The notes below the pieces were generated by a model that was given only the letters and a program-made list of their open reading frames with translations, ran no database searches and was not told the DNA's origin. A program made the translations under genes and the position numbers. Source: Azolla caroliniana (taxonomy: Eukaryota; Plantae; Polypodiophyta). Taken from it: DNA of 64,000 nt. Where the stretch lies: NCBI GenBank assembly GCA_043228905.1, contig JBHGNT010000010.1, positions 19,530,001-19,594,000 of the forward strand, written 5' to 3'. This document shows positions 1 through 11,250 of this stretch, piece by piece; within the stretch, counting starts at the first letter, position 1; each line of letters begins with the position of its first letter.

Positions 1-1131
1 ATCATTTGTATCTTGACATTATTTCGGCATATTCCAATATTCGTTATTTCTCGTGGGATTTGATTTTATTCATTATTCCCTCTCTTTGTGATAAAAAAGG
101 ACTTTTTAATGGGACATTTTCCTAAAATTTAGGTGCAATGTTGTTAAGTCATTTTGATTTTTGCCTTGGAAAGGAAAAACAAAAGCCTTCTCATATCAAG
201 CCAAATGTAATGGTTTAATTTTTTGACATTCTAATTGGTTTTCATACATCGTGACTTAAGTGAGTGCAAAATTGACAGAGTGATGAAAACATGCTGAAGC
301 CTAGTTTCTAATGATAATAATGAGTGTACACCCTTTAATCAAGAAAATGTATCTTGAATTGGGGATACAACCAAAAATCTGAAACTCAGTTACATGGAAA
401 AAATCTTGTATGGAATTGTGGATAGCAGCTGCTTATAATCACAATGTTGTGGTTTTCCATTTGTATTTGTGATTGTAATAAAAAGGCTTTTGACTCGTAT
501 CATATTTGAATGGAGACCTGGTAATTTACTCAGCTTTGACGAATCTCTTATGTATCTCTATGCAAAGTCTTGGCGGATGCAATGCTTATAAGAAATTGAT
601 TGTTCTTTGCTTGCCTGTAGGAAATAGTTTCGCTTTATGCAAGGCTGGTTTCTATACCAATCTCTTTAAATGATGAACCATGTTGACATAATGACACTGT
701 ACTTCGAAAGAAAGGATTCACTTTTTGGTTTACAGCTTTCTACGATTGCATATATTGGTTCAGATGTGGAAAGTAAAAAAGCAACAGAATTGAAGAATTG
801 CAGTGTTATGCATCACAAAAATGAGGATCAAGCTTGTGAAGTAGTTTCATTTTAGCCTTCAGTTGATGTCTATGTGTAGTAGCTTTTTTGTGGGGAGCTG
901 CACAAAAGGAAGCAATTTTGAACCCATTGTATTAGTTAAAAGTATATACATATTTGGATTCCAAATGTTAGAAACTTGGAGCCCACTATAATTAGTTAAA
1001 ACCATACATCCATATTTGGATCACAAATGATGTCAAAGCCAACTATAATAGTTAAAAGTGTGTATAACGTTTGGTGGTTCATTTTGAGTAATTATAATAG
1101 AAAAAATTAGAAAGATTAAGCATATCATTGA

Positions 1132-1212
1132 GACAGTTTGGCCGAGTGGTTAAGGCGTTTGACTCGAAATCAAATGGGTTCGCCCTCGCAGGTTCGAATC
1201 CTGCAGCTGTCG
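1132..1212 (+). tRNA. tRNA-Ser, anticodon CGA
   Basis: Full cloverleaf: acceptor GACAGTT/AGCTGTC, A box TGGCCGAGTGG, anticodon arm TTTGA-CTCGAAA-TCAAA, long variable arm, T arm GCAGG-TTCGAAT-CCTGC, discriminator G, no encoded CCA. Confidence 0.96.
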
Positions 1213-1219
1213 ATCAAAC

Positions 1220-1223
1220 TTTT
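1220..1223 (+). terminator. Pol III oligo-T terminator of tRNA-Ser
   Basis: TTTT 8 nt after the tRNA 3' end. Confidence 0.6.
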
Positions 1224-1558
1224 CCTTTACTTATTAACTATTAAATGCAATCAGGATCTTTCCTTTTAATTGTTTAATGCGATGAAAAATGTTTCTTTCT
1301 TCCCAAGTTTAAAAAAGAAGAAGAAACTCTTAATGGAATGAAATCTTTGTGCCAATGCCTTTCATTGAATATGCTTTTCGGAAGCTTTTCGAATGGAAAG
1401 TTTGACAAAGTTAAAACATTGAATATGCGTTTCAATGGTTGATAAATATAATGAGTTTCCAATGTAGGTTAAAACATTGAATCTTGTCTTCAATGGTTAT
1501 GATGAGCTTTCAATCCGAAGGTAACATGAGGTAGGTAGCTTTAGGGTCACGTTATAGT

Positions 1559-1746
1559 CAAATCATAATTCAAATTTTGCATAATTAACTTAAACATGTT
1601 TTACTTTAGGCTCAAAATTACATGTGTAATGAAATTACAAATTCAAGGCATCAACAAATCATAATTCAAATTTTGCATAATTAACTTAAACATGTTTTAC
1701 TTTAGGCTCAAAATTACATGTGTAATGAAATTACAAATTCAAGGCA
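1559..1746. repeat. Tandem duplication, 96-bp period, 2 copies
   Basis: CAAATCATAATTC...TTCAAGGCA at 1559-1650 and 1655-1746, identical by eye. Confidence 0.92.
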
Positions 1747-2344
1747 ATATGATGCCTTATGTTATATCAACCATTATGATTTGGGGAGTGTATATTTTTT
1801 GTTACATGTAACTAATTCATATAAGAAGGTCGTATTATATTATTGTTTCTCTCTTTTGGGCAATAAGGTTTGATTTTTCAAGAGTTGATTAAAAGTCAAA
1901 ATATAACATGGTTAGTTGTCATAGTAAACTTATAGATTCACATGGACTCTCTATTCTATGTATAAAGAAAAGTTTTTGAATGGCATATACAATTTATGTT
2001 TGGAAAATATGTAGAATTCATAATATCCAATTAATCCAAGTAGCTAGCTATGTATGAAGAGCGATACTCAAGCATCCTAGCTGAAAACTGTGAAATAATC
2101 TTAATAGTCTTTGTGGCATCCAACATTTATAGCACAAAAAATGCAACGTGAGTCCCAATAACAAACTTATATACATTCAACAAACATGTCAAAGTAACAT
2201 TCTTTTAAAAGAGGCACCTCGTCACACATTTAAGAAATCCAAAGTGCTTGAGAATTTTCCAAAGGGTTTGAAGTCACACAATAACTAGTCCACACGACAA
2301 TAAATTTCCATCACAATGAATGAGCAAACATATGCACCACTTTT

Positions 2345-2539
2345 AATCTACCTTATAATAGTACAATGAGATACAAATGTGTAGGATCAATGCATGTCTT
2401 TAAAGTTTAAACCCATGATTTGTGTCATCAAGAGTAATGTACAATCTACCTTATAATAGTACAATGAGATACAAATGTCTAGGATCAATGCATGTCTTTA
2501 AACCCATGATTTGTGACATCAAGAGTAATGTACAATCTA
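2345..2539. repeat. Tandem duplication, about 98-bp period, 2 copies
   Basis: AATCTACCTTATAATAGTAC...GTAATGTACAATCTA repeated with 2 substitutions and a 7-bp indel. Confidence 0.9.
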
Positions 2540-2950
2540 TAGTGACTAGATTTTTCATGCACTCACTCATTGAGACTTCCTTATTAGAATGATTTCGTAT
2601 TTTTTGCGTGCTCTACTCTATGCGCTTTTTACCATTCCCTTGCTTATTGGTAAGCTTTCTTTTGCAACTTTTTATAACACACAGTTTGCATTGATCGTAA
2701 TGTGGTTGTAGTCATTGAAAAAGGTTCCTTCTAGCTCAAATTTAGGTGAAGAAGCTAACGAAAACTAATTCCCCAAGTAATAAGTACCTAAAACTATGAC
2801 AAGATGCATTTCATTCTAGTTTACAAGGAATGTATGGCAATGTCTTTTATGATAGATATTACATGTCTTACCATAAAAAAGGTGAACCATAACGCTTTGT
2901 TGTCAATTGGTAGATGAGTCCTCTCCGAAAATGATAAATAAGTTGTCTTT

Positions 2951-3680
2951 CTTTTTTTTTCCAAAAAAAACACTACTTCGTATTAGTTAGCAAACAAAGT
3001 ACATCAAAGACCAACAAATTTCAGCAAAACTCACTCTGGTCTTCTCACCAAAGTGATCATAGTCCCCACCCCCTCATTTACAACAAAAGTATCCCATCAA
3101 CTCTTTTAACATTGTAACTACCTTGTAACACAACTATACATATTTACAACTCCTGGTCACTAATGGAAGCAATTGGCGGAAACAACCATATGGGTGCTTG
3201 GTAGTTCCATTTAGGCCATGATGATGATCTGACCACCATAGGCAAACTGCCTCATTTCAGCAGAAACTTTGATCGAGCTCTTTCTGCTTCATCTAATTCC
3301 CCCTAAATCGAATCATACCGTCCCCGCAGCCAAGATACCAGGTTGAACTAGATGTTTAACAACACCTCACCGCTTGGGAGCTTGTGCTGTTGAAAAACAA
3401 ACTTACAACGCTTGGTCCAAATGTGCCAAACAATTAAGCAAGCCACCATCATCCATATCTCCTCAAAAAATTCAGAGTTTGTGCCAGGTCGAACTCCAGC
3501 ACATTGAAACACATTGCCACCCTGCACTATCAATCCATGACCATGGGGGTTTAACTGTTCCGCCCAGCCTTCCCCTCTTAACTTCAACCCCTAGAAGGAC
3601 CCCCATACAACTCTCCCATTCACACTGCATGCTTCCACGATCCTAAGATATTCTAGTTTTCTTGCAAACCATGAAGCATT
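2951..3680 (-). mobile_element. 5'-truncated LINE (non-LTR retrotransposon) 3' fragment
   Basis: Minus strand encodes WHIWTKRC...EVLLNI and KWNYQAPIWLFPP, homologous to WNVWKARC/RWNYQPPRWLFPA at 15.2-15.5 kb; ends in CTAAT..GAAG..TTTTGG-polyA. Confidence 0.75.
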
Positions 3681-4515
3681 TTAAAAGGGTGAATACAACT
3701 CAATGCTCGAGAAGTATGGATTCTTATAAGCATAATCTAATAAAAAGGGAAAACCTCTAATATATCATCAATAGCTTTTCTTCTACTTCTCCAATGCTCC
3801 TCTAAGAAGATAGAAAAAGGGGATTTGTTGATGACATAAATGCTCAATTAACACATATAATTGATTGAGGTGGGGGGTTGACCGTTGACATTCGAAGAGA
3901 AACAAAAAACATGCGGGGTATTTCAAGTAACTTGTCTTGCATAACATTCAAAGACTTTATTCTAAAGTTGTTTGAAAGGAATAACCTTTATGTGTTCATG
4001 AGAAGAGTCGAAGAGGTAATGCTCATCCTTTGTAACCTAAGGGCATGGGTGTTGAGTGTTACACATTACACTAATTATTAGCCATCACTATCCTCCTAAG
4101 GAAATGGCTTTTGAAACTCCTTTTCTACAACCCAACAATTGAACCTTGAAACTAATTTTCGTTACGAGCACATTGATATGTATATTTAATTATTTAAATT
4201 AAAGTCATTAATTTTAATTCTAGTTATTTTAATCTTATGATCATGAAACACAATGTCATGTATTTATAAGTACAAAGGCTTAAGTGTTGATGCATCAACA
4301 CTAATATTTAATATTTACATAAAATCATCTTACAAGTTTATGGTTACTGTAAATATTCTAGTCATTCATTAGCCAAGATTCATGAATCTTAATCTTGGTT
4401 GAATGCATCATCCGAGTTTTATTAAGATCAATTCGTAAATGATACTTTTATGTGAGTGTATCTCTCAAATATATGGTTCACGATTGTGGGAGTGCATAAA
4501 CATAGTTTAGATTCC

Positions 4516-4769
4516 TCAGAGTTCAGTGTGAACATTGTCTTGTTGCTTCATAGGTTGAAATTCTTCTTGCAAGCTTTTAGGATAGGTGTATGGTGGCCCA
4601 TTGTTCCACAAGATATCTATTAATTGAGGGTAAAACTTTGAAGTTGGATGATAAGCATCCCAATAAAAGTGATCTTCCACATTGTCACATGGTTTCAAAC
4701 CACGTAAACAAGTTAAGAATCCGTTATATTTTCCTATCCCGCAACAAGCTGTGTTCCCTGTTTTGAAAC
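4516..4769 (-). CDS. GDSL lipase exon 5
   Basis: ACCGIG...HFYWDAYHPT to stop; TAG acceptor. Confidence 0.9.
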
Positions 4770-6733
4770 CTATACATGGAAACATAATAATGTTTTTGCT
4801 TTGAAATGATCAATCTTTCAAGGTTAGCTACATTTAAGAAAAGGAGAATTCATGAATTTATTACTTTGTACGAACCACAAGCACATGGACCAATGAGTTA
4901 ATATATTATTAATACCCTACAACTACAGGTAAAAGGACAAACTAACAAAACATTGCATAATTAATCACAATCTAAAACAATTGCAAAAAGCATGGTCAAC
5001 TGTGGCATCAATCAGTATGTGGAACATTTGGAAATACATGTCTCAAATGGTACTTAGGGGAAACACACACAATTGCAGATGCCATCACAACTATATGGAT
5101 TGATCTAGTGATATCCTCGCGTGCACAATTTGAAAACCTATAGAGAGATTCATAGTCTCAAGAGTTGACACAAGCACAATTTATCTCACTTTGGGCAACT
5201 ACACCATTGGTGAACTTCACATTAGGACATCTGAAATGGTGCTTCCAACCGCCTCATTGGCTCTACTCCCAACTGACAACTTACCCATATTGCTTTTGGT
5301 GATATCCATCTTGTTGTACCCATCTAACAACATTCAGAAGCTTGTTAGATGTGTCTTGATCGTTGTTGAAAAATAACAGGTTTTGTCAGGTAACCGTTTG
5401 TTGTTATGTGGACAACGATTGACCCACCTTTTTTTATCTAAAGTGTCATACAACGATAACCAAATATATATGAAAGTGACCTATAAATTAGAGTATCTAT
5501 TGATACTTAGAGTGTCCATAGCCTGATTTGTGTATGCAATTCACCTCACTAATTGGAAGCAATTATTTTCTCAAACAAAAATAAAAAAGCTTTTAGAGAT
5601 AAGGCCTTTTTTTTTGTTCCAAAAAAAAACTCCTTCCATTAGTTATAAAATTCTACAAATGAGGCCTTTTTAGGTGTTTACGCATAAATATGTGATGATG
5701 TTGTGCTAAAGGATGTGGGTTCAAGTCTTGTGCAATAATTGTCCATTTAAAACAATACTAATAGTTGTACTTTGAGGTGATGCATGCTATTAGTTTTCTC
5801 TTGACAATATCATTGTTTCCTTAAAATGATTCGTGACTTAGGCATATTAGCTCAATAGTAAAAGGATATGAAATTATAAAGATGTTGCATGCCATTAGAC
5901 AATGGAGAATGAATGCATGAATGACTAAACTCGTACATGTGTTCAACTTGACTTGACCTTACCAAATTGAGTTGGGTGTTGAGCAGCATTCAATATTGAG
6001 GTGTATATGTTAATATACATAATAGTCGTATTCGGAAACTTCTCGTTAAGTGATAATATTTCAGGAAGGAGATGCTCGTTATAATCTTTCGAGACATCGT
6101 TGATGTAATCAACACAACTACCATTTGAATTGTACGCTAATAGTTGAGAAGGACAACAACCTAAAGCAGGTACTCCTGCAACAACAATCCTTCTAGCACC
6201 TACTTCATGGATAGCCTTATGACAAAAGAACAAACAAACATTAGTTTTATAAATGTGATGATGATATAGCAATATGATTACTTGAAAATCAAGTATGTAA
6301 TTTGAAGTATTAAGAGCCATTTGAATTGGGAGAAAAACTTTGGAATGCCCTTCATTTTTTGTTATTTTCCCAAATATCCCTAGGATAACCTTGAAAATGA
6401 GGAAAGAAATCGGATAGACCACATAATTGCACAAGTAACACACTTAATGGAGAAAATCGGATAGACCACATTATATGAGATGGAATAGATCATATAATTT
6501 CTCTTGGAGGTTTGACCAAGGGCGTTTGGAAAATAATTGACAAAAATAATAAAATATTTGGGGAAATAACTTGGGATATTTTAGAATTTCCCCCTTTCAA
6601 TTATAGATAGAAGACTGAAGTGTATTAACAATGCTTCAAGGTTAAGTAGAAAATATGCGAGGATATGTATGTAGCCATAGTTTCTTTCTCATATTCCGGA
6701 ACTCGACCGGGGAGGGAGGGAGGGGATTCCCCA

Positions 6734-6787
<54 letters not shown>

Positions 6788-9700
6788 ATATGTATGTGTA
6801 TGTGTATGTGTATATATAAGCCACCTTGTATAGCCTTTTTGTAAAAATCTCTCCAAACTAATGGGAAAGTAACTCCTATTTTGGAAAAAAAACAGTGCGT
6901 CAAGATGGTAACTAACTTATAATGAATAAATAATGAGCATTGATCCATTGTACTCTAAAGTCAATAGAAGAAACTTAAGACGAAAGGATAGAAAAGCCAA
7001 ATACATGTGAGACTTAACTTCTCTTTTAATCGATTCAATGATTGCCAAAGTCGCCATAAATAGTTTATATGTAAATAGATATATATAGTAATGGTTGACC
7101 AAATGTACCTTAATGTGAGAGATGAGCTTTTGGATGAGTTTGTCTCTATGTTCATCAGTAGTAAGGGAGCTTAGGTGGATGTAGGGAAGGAGGGGATTAA
7201 AGTAGGAGAGGAGCCAATCATTAGATCCTGTAACCACAACGAAAGGAGATTTCGCAAACAATTCGTCAGTTGCCACTTTGCCAATCAAGCTAATGATTTG
7301 CTTTTTTGTCTTTAGTAGATTCTCAATTTGTTCCTCTAATGAGACAACTTGCCCCTAGTAACCATATGAAAAAAGTATTTCAGTTTGACCATATAACAAC
7401 AATTGTAAGGCATGATTGAGTTTTTAGACGAACATTGTTTCATAATGCATGAAATTAAAAGAAATTGTAGATTTTTTTATCATTAAACTATATGCAAAGT
7501 GGTTTTTCAAAATTTACCATCATATTTAAAACTTTATAGAATGATATACCAACATGTCAACAATGTTTTTATGTAACCATCAATCTCTATAGGTTGTTTG
7601 TTATAATATCAACCCATGGGTTTTTGGGAAAACAAAAGAAATCTTGGAGGTTTCTCAAAGTTATTATTTTCTTACATCACACTATATCCGTTAAACAATT
7701 GGTTATGTTGCAAACCTTATCTCTATCATGGTTTAATTAGGTTGGGTATACGTAGGAGAAAACTTAAAATGATTTATGTTCTTCTTGACTTAAAAGAGGT
7801 GCGTAAAAGTTTTCCATGACAAAAGTTGTATACATGGTATGGTGGTGGTGTTTCCGTAATATGATTTGTTTTACAAGTCCTTGAAATCTAGAAGTGTGTG
7901 ATAGAACAATCAAGTGATTTGATTAATTACTAAGTATATTCCTACACAAATCTCAAACATTGTACCAATTATGTGTTGCCTCCATTGATCCCACCATAAG
8001 CACAAGTTTTACTATAGGATATGATAGCTGCATGTTTTTTTACATGTATTTGTGGCCCCGTGTTTGTGAGGATAATTCACACTCACTTTAGTTGGTTGTA
8101 AACTTCATGAAAGGAAACATTGACATTTTTAGCACTATTCGAAGGCAATGGTATTATTGACAACCCTTGGGTTGTGGAAAGTGATATGTGAATAAAAATG
8201 ATTAAGAATGGTTAAACTTGAAAATATTAAAAATACTCATTGGAAAAGTAATGAAGATTTGAACAAACAACTTTAGGTTATACAAAACTACACCATTGTG
8301 TTTATTTATCTCCTTATGCATTAAGAATTTTAACAATAGGAATGAAGATGTAGCCTGTGGATTGAGGGGTTTACTACATGGTGAAGTCATGATAAAAGCA
8401 AAGGACTTGGAAGAGGTTTTGAACTAGAAAAAGACAAAAGGGAAGAAGCATTGGTTGAAGGGAAGACATTGTGACGCAAAACTTGAGGAGATAATGCATA
8501 ATATGGAAAGAGCATGCAAAGATACTCAAAGACTTAGCTAGAGATGTTTGTTGTTGAGACACATGATATTGTCTAACTCAATGCATTGTTGATTGCTAAC
8601 TCTTAATAAATATGAAGTTACTTCCATGGGATCTTAATCCAAGAGTTAGTAAGACCTAGCCCAGTAAAATGCTTTCTTGGTTAAACTGCAAGTAGGCTTG
8701 GTGCTTTGCCAATCCCAACATCAAGATCTATCATTCATGCTAAAAGCAAAGTCTCTTATATGATGTAAAATAGTAACGATTTCATATTGTACTTTGGCTC
8801 GTAATGTCTTGATTTTTGTTCTAGGAAGGATTGACTTAAATTGGCACTAAACTTAAGCATGCTTCTTATGATAGTTATTAGTATGATTGTGTGATTGGGA
8901 TCATGCTTGTACCTATGCGTATATATGCAATTGTCTTTTGTGTGTTTGCATTGTTTGAATGAGGACATTATTCTCCATAAAACTAAGTGAGTAGTTGATG
9001 AATACAAGTTACAAGTTACAACTAATAGATTATTTCTATGAGCATGGCATTGTTTCATGTTCACTTATGTAGGGTTCCTAGTTGTGAATATTTGCAAAGG
9101 AAACATTGATAATTGCTTTACAAATGATTGGTTTGTTATAAATTTAAATAAATAAATTGAAGCGATTGTGGGCATTTACATAAAGTTTTCCCGTATTTGA
9201 ATCGATTCCAGAGCCTCCAGACGCAAAATTAACACCTTGTAAGATTTTCTTTCCTTTAGTCCCTGGATTATTATAAGCTGGAATCAACGGCAGCCCAAGC
9301 TTTAAAGCTGCATTGAATTGCCACATCGAATCAATAAACAAATCTCAAATATTTGAAGAATAATCATATTCATGTACTACCTTCATTGAGAAAATTGTAT
9401 TGTTTTTTGGCACAACATCAGTGATAGAGCATGCTTAAAAGAAAACACACATACATATACACAATGTTGTGCACATAAAAACAAAATAAGCGAGGTTGGC
9501 CTTGAAATAACTATTCTTGGTATCAAAGTAGGAGACTAGTAAAGTTTCGAAAGTGTGGTTGGCCTTGATATAACTATTCGTGTGATTGACAAGTGTTTTA
9601 TTGTGAATGATGTGGGGGCAATTCATGATACTCATAAACACAAACAACAATTTGGGTGTTGTATAAACGCAATAAAATGGGGAGTATGTTACCGATGAAA

Positions 9701-9972
9701 TCGGCCGCAGTATAGCCATTTGAGAAGCGCCCCGAGGGAGCACCCCCAACGAAGTCCATACCATAAGGGTAATAATCAACCTTTGCAAGTGTAAGTATGC
9801 CATTATTGTTACCCGCATCTAAGATAGAGTCACCTAGAATGAACAAGGCAGGAACCAAAGGTTTCTTTGTTTCAGTTTCACATATTGTTACTTCCACACC
9901 CTTGACCGTATCAATCCAAGATGCTAATGATACACTAATCAATATAATTAAGAAATGTTTGAATTGCCCCAT
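4516..9972 (-). CDS. GDSL esterase/lipase (SGNH hydrolase), 5 exons: 9972-9693, 9307-9180, 7354-7109, 6215-5963, 4769-4516; 386 aa with signal peptide
   Basis: Block I LFILGDSILDAGNN, block II GRFSNG / GVNFASGGSG, block III GSND, block V WDAYHP (DxxH); all introns GT-AG; spliced length 1161 nt stays in frame; hydrophobic N-terminus MGQFKHFLIILISVSLASW. Confidence 0.93.
4985..5300 (+). mobile_element. Degenerate LINE ORF2 C-terminal fragment in GDSL intron 4
   Basis: MWNIWK..C and KWCFQPPHWL motifs match the C-terminus of the LINE at 15.2-15.5 kb. Confidence 0.55.
5963..6215 (-). CDS. GDSL lipase exon 4
   Basis: GARRIVVAGVPALGCCP...HPTQFG; AAG acceptor, GTAAG donor. Confidence 0.9.
6641..6890 (+). 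mobile_element. LINE 3'-UTR insertion in GDSL intron 3 with poly(A) and probable TSD
   Basis: GGAGGGGATTCCCCAAT...AACTAATGGGAAAGTA...TTTTGG-A8 matches 15635-15762; flanked by AACAATGCTTCAAG (6627-6640) and AACAGTGCGTCAAG (6891-6904). Confidence 0.75.
6735..6818. repeat. Compound (TA)/(TG)n/(TATGTG)n microsatellite
   Basis: Direct reading. Confidence 0.95.
7109..7354 (-). CDS. GDSL lipase exon 3
   Basis: GQVVSLEEQI...TGSNDW; TAG acceptor, GTACAT donor. Confidence 0.88.
9180..9307 (-). CDS. GDSL lipase exon 2
   Basis: LGLPLIPAY...GVNFASGGSGI; CAG acceptor, GTAAAT donor. Confidence 0.9.
9693..9972 (-). CDS. GDSL lipase exon 1
   Basis: ATG at 9972, GDSI catalytic Ser motif, donor G|GTAAC. Confidence 0.9.
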
Positions 9973-9994
9973 GAGAGAGAGAGAGAGAGAGAGA
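9973..9994 (-). promoter_or_regulatory. (CT)n / GAGA tract abutting the GDSL start codon
   Basis: (GA)11 on the plus strand immediately next to CAT at 9970-9972; a regulatory role (BBR/BPC site) is inference only. Confidence 0.4.
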
Positions 9995-11029
9995 ATGAGT
10001 GAATGAGAAAGTGAAGGAGATGTATTATGCAATGCCTCCTTTATTAAAACTTCAATGAAATTAATATAAGTTCTTTTTATCTCTACTTATTTTACACTCA
10101 ACAATAATGTACAACATCTCGAGTTTAGGGTATACAAGGCACATAGGTCAAACTTCTCACCCTCTTTATTTAAACAAACTATAAGCAAACAACTCATACA
10201 CAATCCACAACACTTTAATATTCCATAAAAAGGGGGCGTAAAAAACCCATGTAATCGCTAGAGGTAAAACAAAACGCATAACTAGTCGTATATAATTCAT
10301 AAATCAACAATGAAAACATATCGAACACGAAAAAAGAAGATTTAATCTGAAATCAAAAGGAGTAAACAAACTGAAATAACCAAAGATAATTAGAAACCAA
10401 ACAAAACAAACTATATTAGAGATCTCACAATGAAAACCAAGCACACAACCTATAAAATAATGGTAACAAACCAACTAACATCCATGCAACGTAGAACCAA
10501 AATCTTCATACTAAAATACATAAGCTAACTAATAAACAAGATATGAGATGGTAAATATACAATGCGAAACATGGTTGTATAATACTCAACATACAATCCA
10601 TAGTTCAAAATAAATCAATAAAATACTGAGAATCGTATTCTATACATAGAGTACATTACATATATAACATACATTAAATACTTCTTTATTTGTGTAGCAT
10701 ATAGAAATTGTCAAATTTTAAACTATTTTAATTTTAAGAAAACGTAAAATATTTCTTAAATACGTTGAATACGTTAAATACACGTAACATGTTGAAATGA
10801 TAGTTCTAAAATGTGTAATATGAGGTTAAATGCTTCAAGGGTATTCTAAAATGTACTCTATGAATAAAATATGCATTTTTTTGAACTGTATGTATACGAA
10901 AGCATTGGTTTGATATGTGAATGTTGGAAATTTGTGTCCTGAAAAGAGTTCTAATCTACTACTCAATCATGCTATTTTGAAGCTTTGGTGGTCACAAATA
11001 GTCATTAGGACATCAACTAACTAAGAGGT

Positions 11030-11250
11030 TACTTTCAATGATAGACTCTAGATGGAGGTTTACAAGTGGGAACTTGGATGCCTTTACCTAGGGGCAATCC
11101 CACATGTACTAAATGTAATGACAATGTGCCCGACTCACAAATACATTGTGTGTGGCTATGTTCTCGTGCACATAACATGTGGTATGTAGTTAGTTTGTTG
11201 CTTTCACCCTCAAAATTGCATATTTCTTTTCTCTTTTGTTGGGGAATATG
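11030..11250 (+). mobile_element. LINE zf-RVT domain fragment
   Basis: CTKC...DSQIHCVWLCSRAHNMW (CxxC-x8-H-x4-C), homologous to CPLC...ETLRHCQWDCPHAQKVW at 14.9 kb. Confidence 0.65.

Noticed and set aside
5690-5865. Isolated B box GGGTTCAAGTC and a separate A-box-like TAGCTCAATAG
   Set aside because: Wrong order and spacing; at most decayed SINE remnants
8300-8750. Possible decayed Gypsy integrase/chromodomain and LTR in GDSL intron 2
   Set aside because: Only faint motifs; boundaries cannot be supported
9973-10032. Upstream extension of the GDSL ORF (MHNTSPSLSHSL...)
   Set aside because: Starts at a non-ATG codon and translates the (CT)n tract; the ATG at 9972 gives a proper signal peptide
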